DNA of 63,096 nt, counting the filler, from Intoshia linei (taxonomy: Eukaryota; Animalia; Orthonectida): the NCBI GenBank assembly GCA_001642005.1. It is 8 parts of 8 records of this genome, joined end to end, with 100 filler letters (N's around TTAATTAATTAA, not from the genome) between each part and the next. Parts side by side here need not be neighbours in the genome. Positions count along the whole stretch, not along the records: positions 7,575 to 15,800 come from LWCA01001471.1; positions 15,901 to 22,586 come from LWCA01001655.1; positions 22,687 to 33,617 come from LWCA01001216.1; 5 more parts are not named here. One strand, given 5' to 3'. This document shows, piece by piece, positions 13,423-25,061 of this stretch. Every line of letters starts with the position of its first letter. Position 1 is the first letter of the stretch. Under the pieces are notes generated by a model, which did not search any database, was not told where the DNA came from, and saw nothing but the letters and a program-made list of their open reading frames with translations. The position numbers and the translations under genes are program-made.

Positions 13423-14732
13423 CAGTGGTTTTCAACCTTTTTGTGTTCGCGACCCCCAGGGCTGTGTGGAATTGCTGGTACTAGCGACGTTGACTGGTAA
13501 CAGCAACAGCGGCTGCTGTACCGGTACAGCAAGGCTGTTTTTCCATAAGATTTCATATATTATATTGAATTTTAGCATATGTAATATGAACATATCACTA
13601 AAACCTTGTTAACCGTTTACTGTCCATACAAGAAGCGATAAGATTTAGAAAAAAATTATAGGTTCATTAATAAGTGTTAATTATATGTACTTAAACTTTT
13701 TGTTAGTAAATAATGTGTCGTTAATCAAACGATAATCTAGGAATAATACGCATTGGGTTTACTCCTCAAATATTAGTATAAGTAATTTTTAATTAAATTA
13801 ATTATATTTTTCAAAATGTGTCATCACTTCGTAAGTTTTTTTTCATTGGCAGACCAAAATAAACTAAATATTAACATAAAGTAGTAATATTAATATATAT
13901 GTAAAATGCAACCTCAAATTTTACATGAAAAAATTAAATTTAGTTATTATAATAATAGATTGTACTGAGCAAGCTCAGTAACCACAGTATAAAATATAAA
14001 TAAAACTGAATATGCTTTTTTAGTAATTTTATTTATGTGAATTAATGTGATGTTTGTATATAGTATATAGTATTGTATATAGAAAATTTTTGTTTATAAG
14101 GGCCCTTATATTTATTATATTATTATGAATTTGAAAATTTAAATTTTAATGAAGTTTCTATCAAAAGCTTTAAATTTAAAATTTAACACTAAATAAAAAA
14201 TTATATTCAGTATAAAATGTTAAAAGAATGAAAACTTTAATAATTTTTTGCATTAAAATTTACTATTCTTGCATTTAAAAAAAACCCTACTATGAATTTT
14301 TTTATATTTTTTTTAAAATAATCCAAAAAGTGTACCGATTCAGAAAATGTATAATTTGTAGACCTACAATTTTTTTCATCTAAAATTTATTCAGACAGGC
14401 TGTGAAGGGTCACGAACATAAAAAAATTGAAAAATTACTGCTATAGATATACAATCAAATTCTAAAATACACGATTTTGATTGTAAAATATTGCTGTACT
14501 TTTTGCTGGAAATACAGCAATGCTTTGCTATAAAAATGTACAGCACTTGCTTTACGGACAGCAAAATACAGCATTGCTGGTACCACCCATGGCAACCCCC
14601 TTATAAACATATAAAATTTTCGTAACATTATTACTGTCAATTATAAAAAAAATAAATAAATCTATTCATAAAATTTTCAAATTCTCACGATCCCCCTGAT
14701 AAATTTCGCTACCCTCTGGTTGAAAAGCACTG
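13423..14732. mobile_element. hAT-type MITE with CAGTGGTTTTCAACC / GGTTGAAAAGCACTG TIRs, carrying a nested insert rich in TGCTG/CAGCA repeats (~13457-14600)
   Basis: Inverted termini at 13423 and 14718-14732. The inner element has inverted subterminal CAGCA/TGCTG arrays ending in GGCAACCC. Confidence 0.6.
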
Positions 14733-15543
14733 ATGCATGTTTTATAAAATTTCACGAATTTTTTCATTTTTATAAAAATGGTAATTTTGTGTTTTTGACT
14801 ACGAAAATGTAAACTTTTGAACTAAGATTTACGACAATGCTAATTTCATTCAAACTTTCAAACGCGTTTCAGAATATGTTTTATTAAACTTTTAGAGTTG
14901 ATTTTATTTTGAAAATAATAAAATTGAGTTTTTGACCTAGAGAACTCAATTTTGGTAAATGAAATTTGCGATGCTGCATATCGCTTGAAAAACTGTATTA
15001 GCAAGTGGGGGTTTTAAATAAACGGTAACACACGCATTAAATTTTATATAAATAAAGGATGCAACGTATATAATTTTTTTGGGGTCTACAGCGAAAAAGA
15101 GTTAAGAATGCCTGCTCTAAAACCTTTTTATCTTGCGGAACCCGTGTATTGTATCCATGTAAATGTACAGCCCGACGCCGTATTGAGGGAAAAAATTTCT
15201 ATGGTGATATTAAATTATAAATATATTTAATTTACGAATGCCAAAATTTGATGTTTAGAAAGGGCTTGCACCTTTTTCTTAGTATGCTCTTGTTCATAAT
15301 TTTTTCATTTATAATAATTTTCATACTTTTTGTTTATTTTTTTTGGTATTGTCTCAAAAATATTTTTATTCCAAAAAAAACTAAAAATAAGGGTTTTAAT
15401 TTTATAATGGGTTTTATAATTAATTCATGACTAAAATAAAATTCGTTTAATATATAAAAATTAAAATAAAAAGAATACATATTTTTCAATTTATTATGTA
15501 ATATTAGGTTCTATTCAGTTTAACCGACTATTTCATTGTTATA

Positions 15544-15800
15544 CAGTGCGCGACATAAGTCTTAGACACCCTACACATTCTCATTAAAAATCACTATAAA
15601 GTTGATAAGGCGAATCTTGAACTTAAATTAAATATCAAACTAATTAAAGAATGATCTCACCAATATATAACCATGCTAATGTCATAAATTACCTATAAAA
15701 AGATACATTTTAATACGTTTTGTTTGTGATATTAAAAATATGGACCACATAAGTCTTAGGCACCTTGATAATTTCAATTAAAATTAATTAAATATCCATA
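15544..15800 (+). mobile_element. Tc1-like terminus with IR/DR structure, cut by gap
   Basis: TA|CAGTGCGCGACATAAGTCTTAGACACC with inner direct repeat CACATAAGTCTTAGGCACC at ~15747. Confidence 0.7.
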
Positions 15801-15900
15801 NNNNNNNNNNNNNNNNNNNNNNNNNNNNNNNNNNNNNNNNNNNNTTAATTAATTAANNNNNNNNNNNNNNNNNNNNNNNNNNNNNNNNNNNNNNNNNNNN

Positions 15901-17230
15901 CCCAAATTTGTTTCAGGTGGAACCATCATATCACATTACTTTTTACTTTAAACTAAATTATTCCACCTTAATTTTTTGTTTTTTAACATTTATGTAAAGA
16001 ATTTTAAAAACAATTATTATCCGATTTTTTTAATTTATAAGACTGAATGTGTGTATAATATTAAAAATAACTTAAAAACAATCCTAAAAATTGTCATAAA
16101 GAGCATAAATTCCAGATAAAAATAAAATTATAAAAATAAATAGAATTATAGAAGATTATAGAAGATAAAAATAAAATTATAAAAACCTATTTTGTCATTT
16201 TAAATGTGATGATATACATTCAGTACCAATTTAATAAATACTTAAAAATACCAATTATGTATCAATAATTAATAGAATCTTCACTTTATAAATATTTCAG
16301 TCAAATTTTACCAATATTGCAAAGGATTGTAATAAATATAAAAATAATACTAACAAAGTTGTATGACTTTTAGTCTCGTTGTTGTAGTTTCTATTTAAAT
16401 TTTATTCAAATTGTTTCAAAAATGAGAATTTGAAATTTAAAAATTGTGTATCAATGAAACAAATTCCGAAGGAATGAATTATATAGTTTTTCACCCATAT
16501 TTCTTTATTGGAAATGTGTAAACGTTCAATACACATTTTTTTTATAAATTGTAGGATCAATATTTACATTTTCAATTTTTATTTTAATCGAAGTATTTTA
16601 AAAATATTGGTTGATCGTATATTAAAAATTATTTTTCACCGGGAATGCGTAGATGTCAGGGGTTCAAAATTTGTAATTATATCAAATGAAATAAGCTCTA
16701 TCAGAATAATTCTTTTTTTAATTTTCAAACTTTTAATTATTTCACATTTATTGTTTTAATAAAATGATTCGAAAAAAAATATCTGAATACTAAAATGCTT
16801 TTTTGACCGTGAAGTCGTCACTTATTCGGATTGAAATTTTCTGTATGGGTTAACAAGATACAACTGTACAACCTATAATTTTTTTAAATTCTAGGGCTGT
16901 TTTCAAAAAAAAAAAAGGGTAATTTAAGGTTTTGGTCCTGAAGATATAATTTTTTTAAATTTAAATTTATGATACTGTTTATGATTTTAAAATCCGCATC
17001 AGCGTATATATTTTTTTAAATTCTCCAACTCGTTTGATATTCAAAAAGAGGGACAACAGGGGTTTTTGACCCTTAAGATGTAAAATTGAGAGGTTGAAAT
17101 TTATCTTATTATACGTCTCGGAAAAAACTGTAATTGAAATGTGGTTTTTAAAAAATTCTAAAAGTGCTAATTATTTCAATAAAGCGTAACACATAAACAA
17201 AAATCGCGTAGCATATTATATAAGTTAAAA
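15901..17230 (-). mobile_element. Helitron-like family copy (long). Other copies or fragments at ~2890-3650, 10510-10730, 11970-12350, 14760-15060, 19040-19410, 35800-36240, 48950-49260, 55030-55380, 62210-62310
   Basis: Shares internal blocks with the 7020-7470 copy. The family 5' end consensus is TC(T/C)TTACTTATA(T)AA..., followed by a (GT/GTTT) microsatellite. Confidence 0.65.
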
Positions 17231-18670
17231 TGTTTATAATTGTTAATATTAAAAATTTGCCGCACGTATAATCGAGGAACCACTGTACACACAAAAAAAT
17301 AACCTATACTTATTGGTATTGGACCATCGTGTCTTTTTTATCCTTACTTACTACTTACTACATAAAGTAATAGAGCTAAAAATGTAATTCTGTTTATTTG
17401 TCTGTTCCAGCTTATTTAACCGATTGAGACACTATGACGCTTTTTGGCGTCATCAATAAAAATAAAAACAGCTTAATTTTGAAATATTGAATACTTTTTG
17501 TTAACCATTATGAAATGTTATTTACATGTTAAAAATGTTTTGGAAGTTAAAAAAATTAAGGGGTCTTGTTCAGTTTAATCCCGTAAAATGAACTTTATAA
17601 AATGGAATTTTTTTTGTCAAATTTTAAAAATTATTTATTTTGATTTTTAAACTAGTTGTCATGTCTAAAATTATAAAAAGCGTTTAAAAGTTTAATTGAC
17701 ATAAAGAATTACAATTTACAATTTAATTACATTTTACTAAAAATGTAATAATTTATTACACTCGACTGAAAATCAATAAAACGTATTAAGCAAAATGTAA
17801 ACAACATGTTATGAGGTTAATTCCATTACAATCAACGATGTAGATATATTTATTGTATAAATAATTTAGTTCAATTATGTTTGTAGTATATTACTAAATT
17901 TCGATTATATATGCCAAGTTAACTGTTATGTACTTGGTACAAACAACAGCTAACTCTGATGAGGGTCGACTTTTTAATTATAATATATAAGATATGTAAT
18001 TTTGATTATTTTAAAATCTTTATCAGATTGTGTATTTTTTATAATTCTAGGACTGTTTGATTTTAAAAAAAAAAAGGGAAATTGGGGTTTTTACACTAAA
18101 GCATGACATTCTGAAAATGAAACTTGCAGTAAATCATTAATCTTAAAAAACTGTTAGAAATTGAGTTTTTATACATTCTAGTTTTGTTAACATTATTGTT
18201 ATAGTAAGTTATTGTAAAACTTTATATGTACAAATAAAAGTACAAGTGTAAAGGAGTAAAATAATATTGTTAGTATAGTAAATAATTGTGGTCTAATTTT
18301 AATATTCATGTCAAGTTTGATGAATTTTAAAGTCATTAAATGAGTATGTCAATTAAAAATCAATGAATTATAATTTTATTTATTCTCAATTAAAAAAGTA
18401 AATGTCGATATTTAGTCACTATATTGATTAGAAAAATCTAATTTTCAAATTTTTCATTGGGTAGATTTTTACATTATTTCAATCTTGGCAGTAGACTAGA
18501 AATGGAAAATAAGATTTAGACAAAATATCCGATAATATAATATGTCGATATTAGTCTTATAATTGCACAGTAAAACTTACTAAAAATAATTTATACAGAG
18601 AATACAGTGTCATTGTTATTTCTAACATGACTGAAAACAATTTATGTAGTAATATTTACAACGAGGTGTA

Positions 18671-21535
18671 TCATTTGAGATATTTTGCATAATCTTCTTC
18701 ATCAGATGATGGAGCTGGTTCCTGCATTGGGCTTATAAGAATGACAGCAATTCCAGTAAATTTATTGAGATCTATGGTTTTATTAATCAAACATTTATTA
18801 TATTTTTACTTATTCCTGCCATGCTTAATGAAGAAAATATCGATATTTTGCTATTGTTTAATCGTGCCTTATTTATTAAGTTTACGTATCGTTTACGTTC
18901 ATCATTATCATTGCATCTATGTAAATATTGGATTATAAATAAAATTCCTATATACTTTGTTTGTCTCTGTGTTATCGTTTAATTCAATAACTACCAGTTT
19001 TAGAATTTTATAAAGTTCAAATTTCTATTACAGTTTTTTCCGGATGTGTTAGTAAGATAAATTTCAATCTGAATAAGTGACGCCTTCACGGTTAAAAAAG
19101 CATTTTAGTATTCATCTATTTTTTTCCGAAATATTTTATTAAAACAAAAAATGTGAAATAATTAACAGTCCGAAAATTAAAAAAAGAAGATTATTCTGAT
19201 AGAGCTTATTCCAGTTAATATAAATACAAAATTTCAACCCCACAAATCTAAGCATTCCCGGTAAAAAATAATTTTTAATATATTATCAACCATATTTTTC
19301 AAATATTTCCATTAAAATGTAAATATTAATCCTACAATTTCAAAAAAAAATGTGCATTGAATGTCTACTCACTTCCAATAAAGAAATATGGGTGAAAATC
19401 TATATAATTCAATTTTTCATTCTCATTTTCAAACCATTTTGTTAAATTTTCACCGTGTATTTATTTTTTGAAAACATTTTGAAATTGAAAAATTTGGCGG
19501 TCAGTAAATTTCACCCAAACGCGAATAAAATTGCTGGGATAAAAAATTGAAATGAAACCCGAAAATAAATCGGCAGAACTGCGACAGAGTAGAATAGAAT
19601 TGAAACCTATAAAAAAATTTACCTAAACAAGTTGTCCGTTATGAGTAAGTGTTTGATACATTTTGCATCGCCAGCCAATTTCACATGTTTGTAACTGTAA
19701 ATTAAAGTAAAGGTTATGAAAAATAAATCACAGAGTACCTTAGAGCAGTGGTCCCCAAATGTGGGGCTTGGGTCCACCAGGGGCCTACAGAGTCTGAGGG
19801 GGCGTAAATTTAAGAAAAATTTTAAAATTGAATTAGAATCGTTGACATTAATTTGATTTAGTATTTGATATTTAATTAATATATTCTTGAAATTCAGATT
19901 AATTTTGGATTATAATAAATTTACATGTTATGAACCCTTACGAGACAATAACACGTTTATAAACAAAAAAGAACAATCATAACTTTACAATTGTTTGTAT
20001 ACTAGACCCTAGTAACTAGGGTGTCAACTATATTAAAGTATGATTTATAACTAAAATAAAACCAGTAATATTAATACTGAAAGATAACAATTTTAATCGC
20101 TGAACCACTTAGGGTATAGCTCAGAGTAAAAAGTCTTATCATTTTATAAATCATGGATTCTGGGATAGTTTTTAAAATCATAATCATAAATCGCAACCCT
20201 AAAAAAGTGAATTTAAATGATAAAAGCCCAGATTACACTTTTCTTAAACAATCAATCAAACAATCAAACTAGTACCAACAGTGTGCGGCAGTATACAGGT
20301 TCATTAAAATAAAATCTAAAACAATGATCTAATTTTCAATTTTTATTATAATAATAAATGTACTAATAGTACAGTGTACTATATAATATTTATTTTTAAT
20401 AATTGAAAAATTGAATTATTAGATTCAGAACCGAACCTACCAAGCTGGAGGTTACCTAAAAAAGAAAAATAAACCTAAAAAAAATTCGAAACCGATGAGT
20501 ATTGTCATATTACCCCTAGCCACCTCTCCAAGCGTCTTGACATGACATGAAATTTTAAATTTAACACACAAAATAGATGACATTCAAAAATAAAATTTCG
20601 TTAAATCTTCAATATGGAAAAATAAAGGCCCTTTTTAACAAAATTTCATCTAGCTCCGAATAGTGGTATTGGTAAGTTCGGTTAATTACCCGTTTTATTA
20701 CGTTACGTTACGTTACGGTTTTATTACCCAAAAAATGCTTTCTCTGGTTTTATCAACAGATATTCATTAAATTGATTCATCAATTTCATATCCACGGCAT
20801 TCTACAGTGATAAATTATAAAACACGAATTGTTCTGATACAAATAATATAATACAAAAATAAGCAATAAAATAAACAAATCATGATGAAATTAAACGTGA
20901 TGTGGTTCCTGAACCAGGCATACTGATTAATAATAACATACCATAGCCTCGCCAATTTGTGATACAATTTCCTTTTTATTGAAAAGTTCTATAATTAATA
21001 TAAATGTGAGTAAATATGTTAATTTAAAAAACCAATTTCAACAGTACACTTTTATTAGTGCTATGATTAATTAACTAAACGATGGGTAAAAAACAGTTTT
21101 ACTACAATCATCAATACTACTGGATTTATATAAAGGTTTCGGAAAAGTTCCTTTTTTTTAAAAGATTAAATGACAAACTTATATTTAAGATAACTTAAAG
21201 ATAAGAGTTCATTTATCATTAAAACTAACTAATTAAACTAAACTTCAACAGATGGTAATATGTACAAAAGATGGAAATAAACCATTTATGGCGTCGTCAC
21301 GAACAGATGAAGTGTGTATTCTTAAAAATATATTTTTCTTTTGTAAAATTTTTTTTGAATTTTCATCGGATTTTGTCATTTCATGCTCAAAATATTTCCA
21401 CAAGTTATCCTTTGTGAAACCTGGTCCACATATTACTACACTCTTTAAAGCTAAATGTATAATGAAATAATGGATTTAGTTGCTAATAACAATTGTATAT
21501 AAGTACATACGATTGGATAATTTCGTTAAACCGTC
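18671..21535 (-). CDS. PELO: Pelota (Dom34), eRF1-like domains 2-3; exons include 21450-21283, 20988-20942, 20801-20728, 19694-19623, ~18917-18810, ~18772-18671; 5' exons missing beyond piggyBac/gap
   Basis: LKSVVICGPGFTKD...RIHTSS, KPEKAFFG, HLLITDNLFR, RKRYVNL, IFSSLSMAG..LNKFTGIAVIL..P and an acidic tail SSDEED parallel pelota. Confidence 0.92.
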
Positions 21536-21561
21536 TTTTTTATAAAAATAGATTTAATTAA

Positions 21562-22586
21562 CCCATAAGTGACCGATGACTACATATGTAGTCATCCATG
21601 TTTCATATTGTACCTTGAAAAATATTTGATGGAATGGAACAAGTAGATATTTTTCTTATAGCCAAGAATATACTTTATCTTTAGACACCTTAAATTTCAG
21701 ATTTGGTGATTGATAACATGTTGATATTGCGGTTTACATATGTAGTCATTGGCCGCTAACCGCAAACAAGTTTAATATGATAATTTTATCTAGAAATTGA
21801 CAAACTAAACATATTTAGGTGTATTAACTAATTTAATTAAATGAAAATAGATAAATATTTTATTAATCTATATTCAGTTTCTAAATATATTTAAATATTA
21901 ATCCGTATTTTAAAGAACAACATATTAGACTGAATAAAATTAAATAAGTTTATTTTATTTTAATTATAAATTATCAACCTTTGACAACATGCCTCGTTTT
22001 AACACTTTAAATGATGCTATTGAAAATGTAGACACAGATTTATTAACTGATATAATAATGGTTGGTCCACCACAAGAAGGTTATGATTCCGATTTAGAAG
22101 AAATCGAAGAATGCAATTTACTCCAAGATAGTATTCCAAATGATGTGGCTGGGCAATTGGAGATACTAGATGATGAATTAGAATACGTTGAACCAATAGT
22201 ATCAAAATTAAGAAGGAAAGATTGGAATCTTAAATTAATGAAAAAATTTAAAATTGGACATTTAAACGGTATTTTAGATTCACATCCAAATTTAGTAAAA
22301 TTTAATGAGTTTGATATATTTATGGATGGTTTTAAATCCATACTGCAAGTTTTTGTTAAGGAAACGAATAGATATGCAAAACAAAAAAATAAACTAAACT
22401 TTAAAACTAATTTATCAGAATTACTAAATTTTTTTGGTCTGATTTTTTTGACCGGGTACAATCAAAGGCAATCTGAACAACTGTATTTTTCAAAGGGAAC
22501 TGACATAGAATGTCCTATTTTTGAACGAACAATAGAACTCGATTTCGGGATATAAAAAGGAATTTACATTTTGTCGATAACAATCA
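21562..22586 (+). mobile_element. piggyBac (PGBD2/3-like) element: left end plus N-terminal transposase ORF 21989-22555, frameshifted into RFRDIKRNLHFVDN, cut by gap
   Basis: TTAA|CCC terminus (21558-21564). Acidic N-terminus, ETNRYAKQKN, ELLNFFGLIFLTGYN and LHFVDN motifs. Confidence 0.9.
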
Positions 22587-22686
22587 NNNNNNNNNNNNNN
22601 NNNNNNNNNNNNNNNNNNNNNNNNNNNNNNTTAATTAATTAANNNNNNNNNNNNNNNNNNNNNNNNNNNNNNNNNNNNNNNNNNNN

Positions 22687-23055
22687 TCATGAACTACAAA
22701 GAATATCTTACAAATGATGTTACCAATGTCAAAAATGCTCTTTCTGTTAATGACCCAGCGGAGAGAGCATTAATGAAATTCAAGTAAGCAATTACCATAT
22801 TTGATATAGAAGACAAACGACAAAAAATTGTATCTATAATGAATGTTTTCAATAATAATGATTCATAATATTGTAAATGTATTATAATAAAGTTATTTCT
22901 TGAAAATTTTCTGAAATTTTTAATGTCTTCCTGCGGACTCAATCCTTAATTATATATATTAAAATTGAGCCATTCTTAATAATTTATTGATGTGAACCGA
23001 ATTATCTCTCAGCAACAAGCAAAATCTAAAAAAAATGTAAAATGTTAACACCCTA
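22687..23055 (+). mobile_element. hATm-like transposase C-terminal remnant and right end
   Basis: VKNALSVNDPAERAL...EDKRQKIV (V.ND.AER motif), followed by terminus ...ACACCCTA (reverse of TAGGGTG). Confidence 0.5.
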
Positions 23056-23084
23056 ATGCATATATCAAAAATGGAACCTAGACA

Positions 23085-24778
23085 CAGAGTTGCCAGACCG
23101 TGTGTAATGTTACACATTTCTATAGATATGTGTAATGTGAAATGATAAAAAAATACATAATTTCACAGAAATTTAAAAAGTTTATTTTGTGTAAAATGTG
23201 CTTAACTAAAGCGACCAGAATAAAATCTAACAATTTGTATTATCATTCAAAATATATCTAAACTATATTTGACATTTTTGTACAAAATTTAATCTCTTTT
23301 AAATTTAAATATTGGATATGAGCCGAAAGTTAAATTTTTCTATGTGGCTGAATCAAAATGATCTGGAAATACGGAATGAAAAAATTTTTTGTTTACGTTG
23401 TAAAAATGTATACCCTATACACAAGGGAACATTAAAATGGCATGTTTAAACAGCCTTACATTCTAATGCACCAAATTTTTTACATGTTTTAGATACCGAT
23501 CAATCATCCCGTATTGTAAAAACTTTGAAAATAAAAATATGTATGGCTATTTAGTCGGCTTGTCACACCTCAATCCTTTCAATCGAACATCTTACAAAAT
23601 TACTTAATACATTTAAAATATCAAATACACTTGTAAGATTAGGACGTACAAAGTGTTCGCAATTGATAAAAAATGTGATTTCTCCTGTTTACTTTAAAGA
23701 AATTGTCACAGCATTAAAAGATCAACCATTCTCCCTTATTATCGATGAATTAAAGGATATATCGTGCGAAAAATACTTGTGTGTTGTTATAAAATTTTAC
23801 TCCCCCAAATATTGTAGAATTTTTTCCATTTTTTTGGGATTAATTCATGTAACACAAACAGATGCTGATACACTATATGGCTTACTTATTAAATTTTGCC
23901 AAGATTGTGGGATAAATATCAAAAATTGTTTTTCGCTTGCTACAGACCTAGCATCAAATTTGTGTGGTGTTAATAATTCTTTATATACGAAATTGAAAGA
24001 AAACAATACAAATCTAATTCTTCTAAAGTGCATTTGCCATTCTTTAAACTTGTGTTGTTTGCGAGCATTTGATGATCTTCCTATTGATATTGACAGTATA
24101 ATACGAAACACATATAGCTTTTTCCACCGCTCCAGTTTAAGAACCAGTGAATATGCTAATTTATTTAAATTAGTCCATAGAAAATATCCTTACAAATTTA
24201 TCCCAATAAGCACAACAAGGTGGCTAGTACGCGGAAAAGCCATAAATATAATTATAACACAGTGGAGCACCTTAAAAGATTATTTTCAATTATGTATAGC
24301 AAATTGTTCAAACTTGTCAGTTGCTGAGAATCTCGTAAGCTTATACAATCACGTGAATTTTGCGTATCTTTTATTCCTTAAGCCGATTCTTTTTGAATTC
24401 GAATCCATGAACCGCAAGTTTCAATCTGAGAAAGCAGACCATTGCCGACTTTTGGTGGAGTTGAATAATTTTGTTAAACAAGTAATGTCCCGAATTATAA
24501 AAATTGAATATAATAGTATGGTAGTTGATTTTGAAAATAAACATGTGTTCAAAGACTTTGATGATGTAGATATCGGTTATGAATGTTCCTGTTTTTTGGA
24601 AATTTCTCTATCTGATAACAAACTTACAGAAAGCGAGATATTGGCCATTAAAAAGAAATGTAGATTATTTTTAATAACTCTAATCAAACAATTGTTTAAG
24701 AAGGTTTCTAAAAATGTTCAGATTTTAGACAAGACTCCATCCAATTGCTATCAAACACTCTTATTTAATTTTAATTAG
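23085..24778 (+). mobile_element. hAT transposon (ZNF862-like transposase); open frame 23663-24778, disrupted BED-finger region upstream
   Basis: CAGAGTTGCCA terminus. Motifs FCLRC...H..T..H, RTKC, FSLIIDE, ATDLASNL, CICHSLNL, TRWL, FESMNRKFQS. No C-terminal ERxFS/dimerisation domain. Confidence 0.88.
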
Positions 24779-25061
24779 CCGTTTTAACATGAAAATCAAA
24801 AAATAAATCATGAGAATTGTAAAAAAATTCAAATCTAAATGTATTTTTCGCTATAAAAATATTGCTATTAGTTATTCACAATATTTAGAACACTTTTTGC
24901 AACTATTTTTGTCAAAATATCAAGAATAACCTGTATATATTTTTTATAAAATTTATTCATTTCAATTTTTTTTTCAATTTATTTATTTGTTTTTAATTTA
25001 AATAATATGCTGCAACAATTCATAAACGTATTAATTTAAAAATCAATATAAAATAATTTAC

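Noticed and set aside
13316-16759. Hydrophobic short ORFs (13316, 14455, 15248, 16508)
   Set aside because: They lie in repeats or AT-rich DNA with F/I/L/K bias and no motif.
20488-20565. Hammerhead-like CCGATGAG...GAAA on the plus strand
   Set aside because: The core deviates from CUGANGA and no stem I pairing can be formed.
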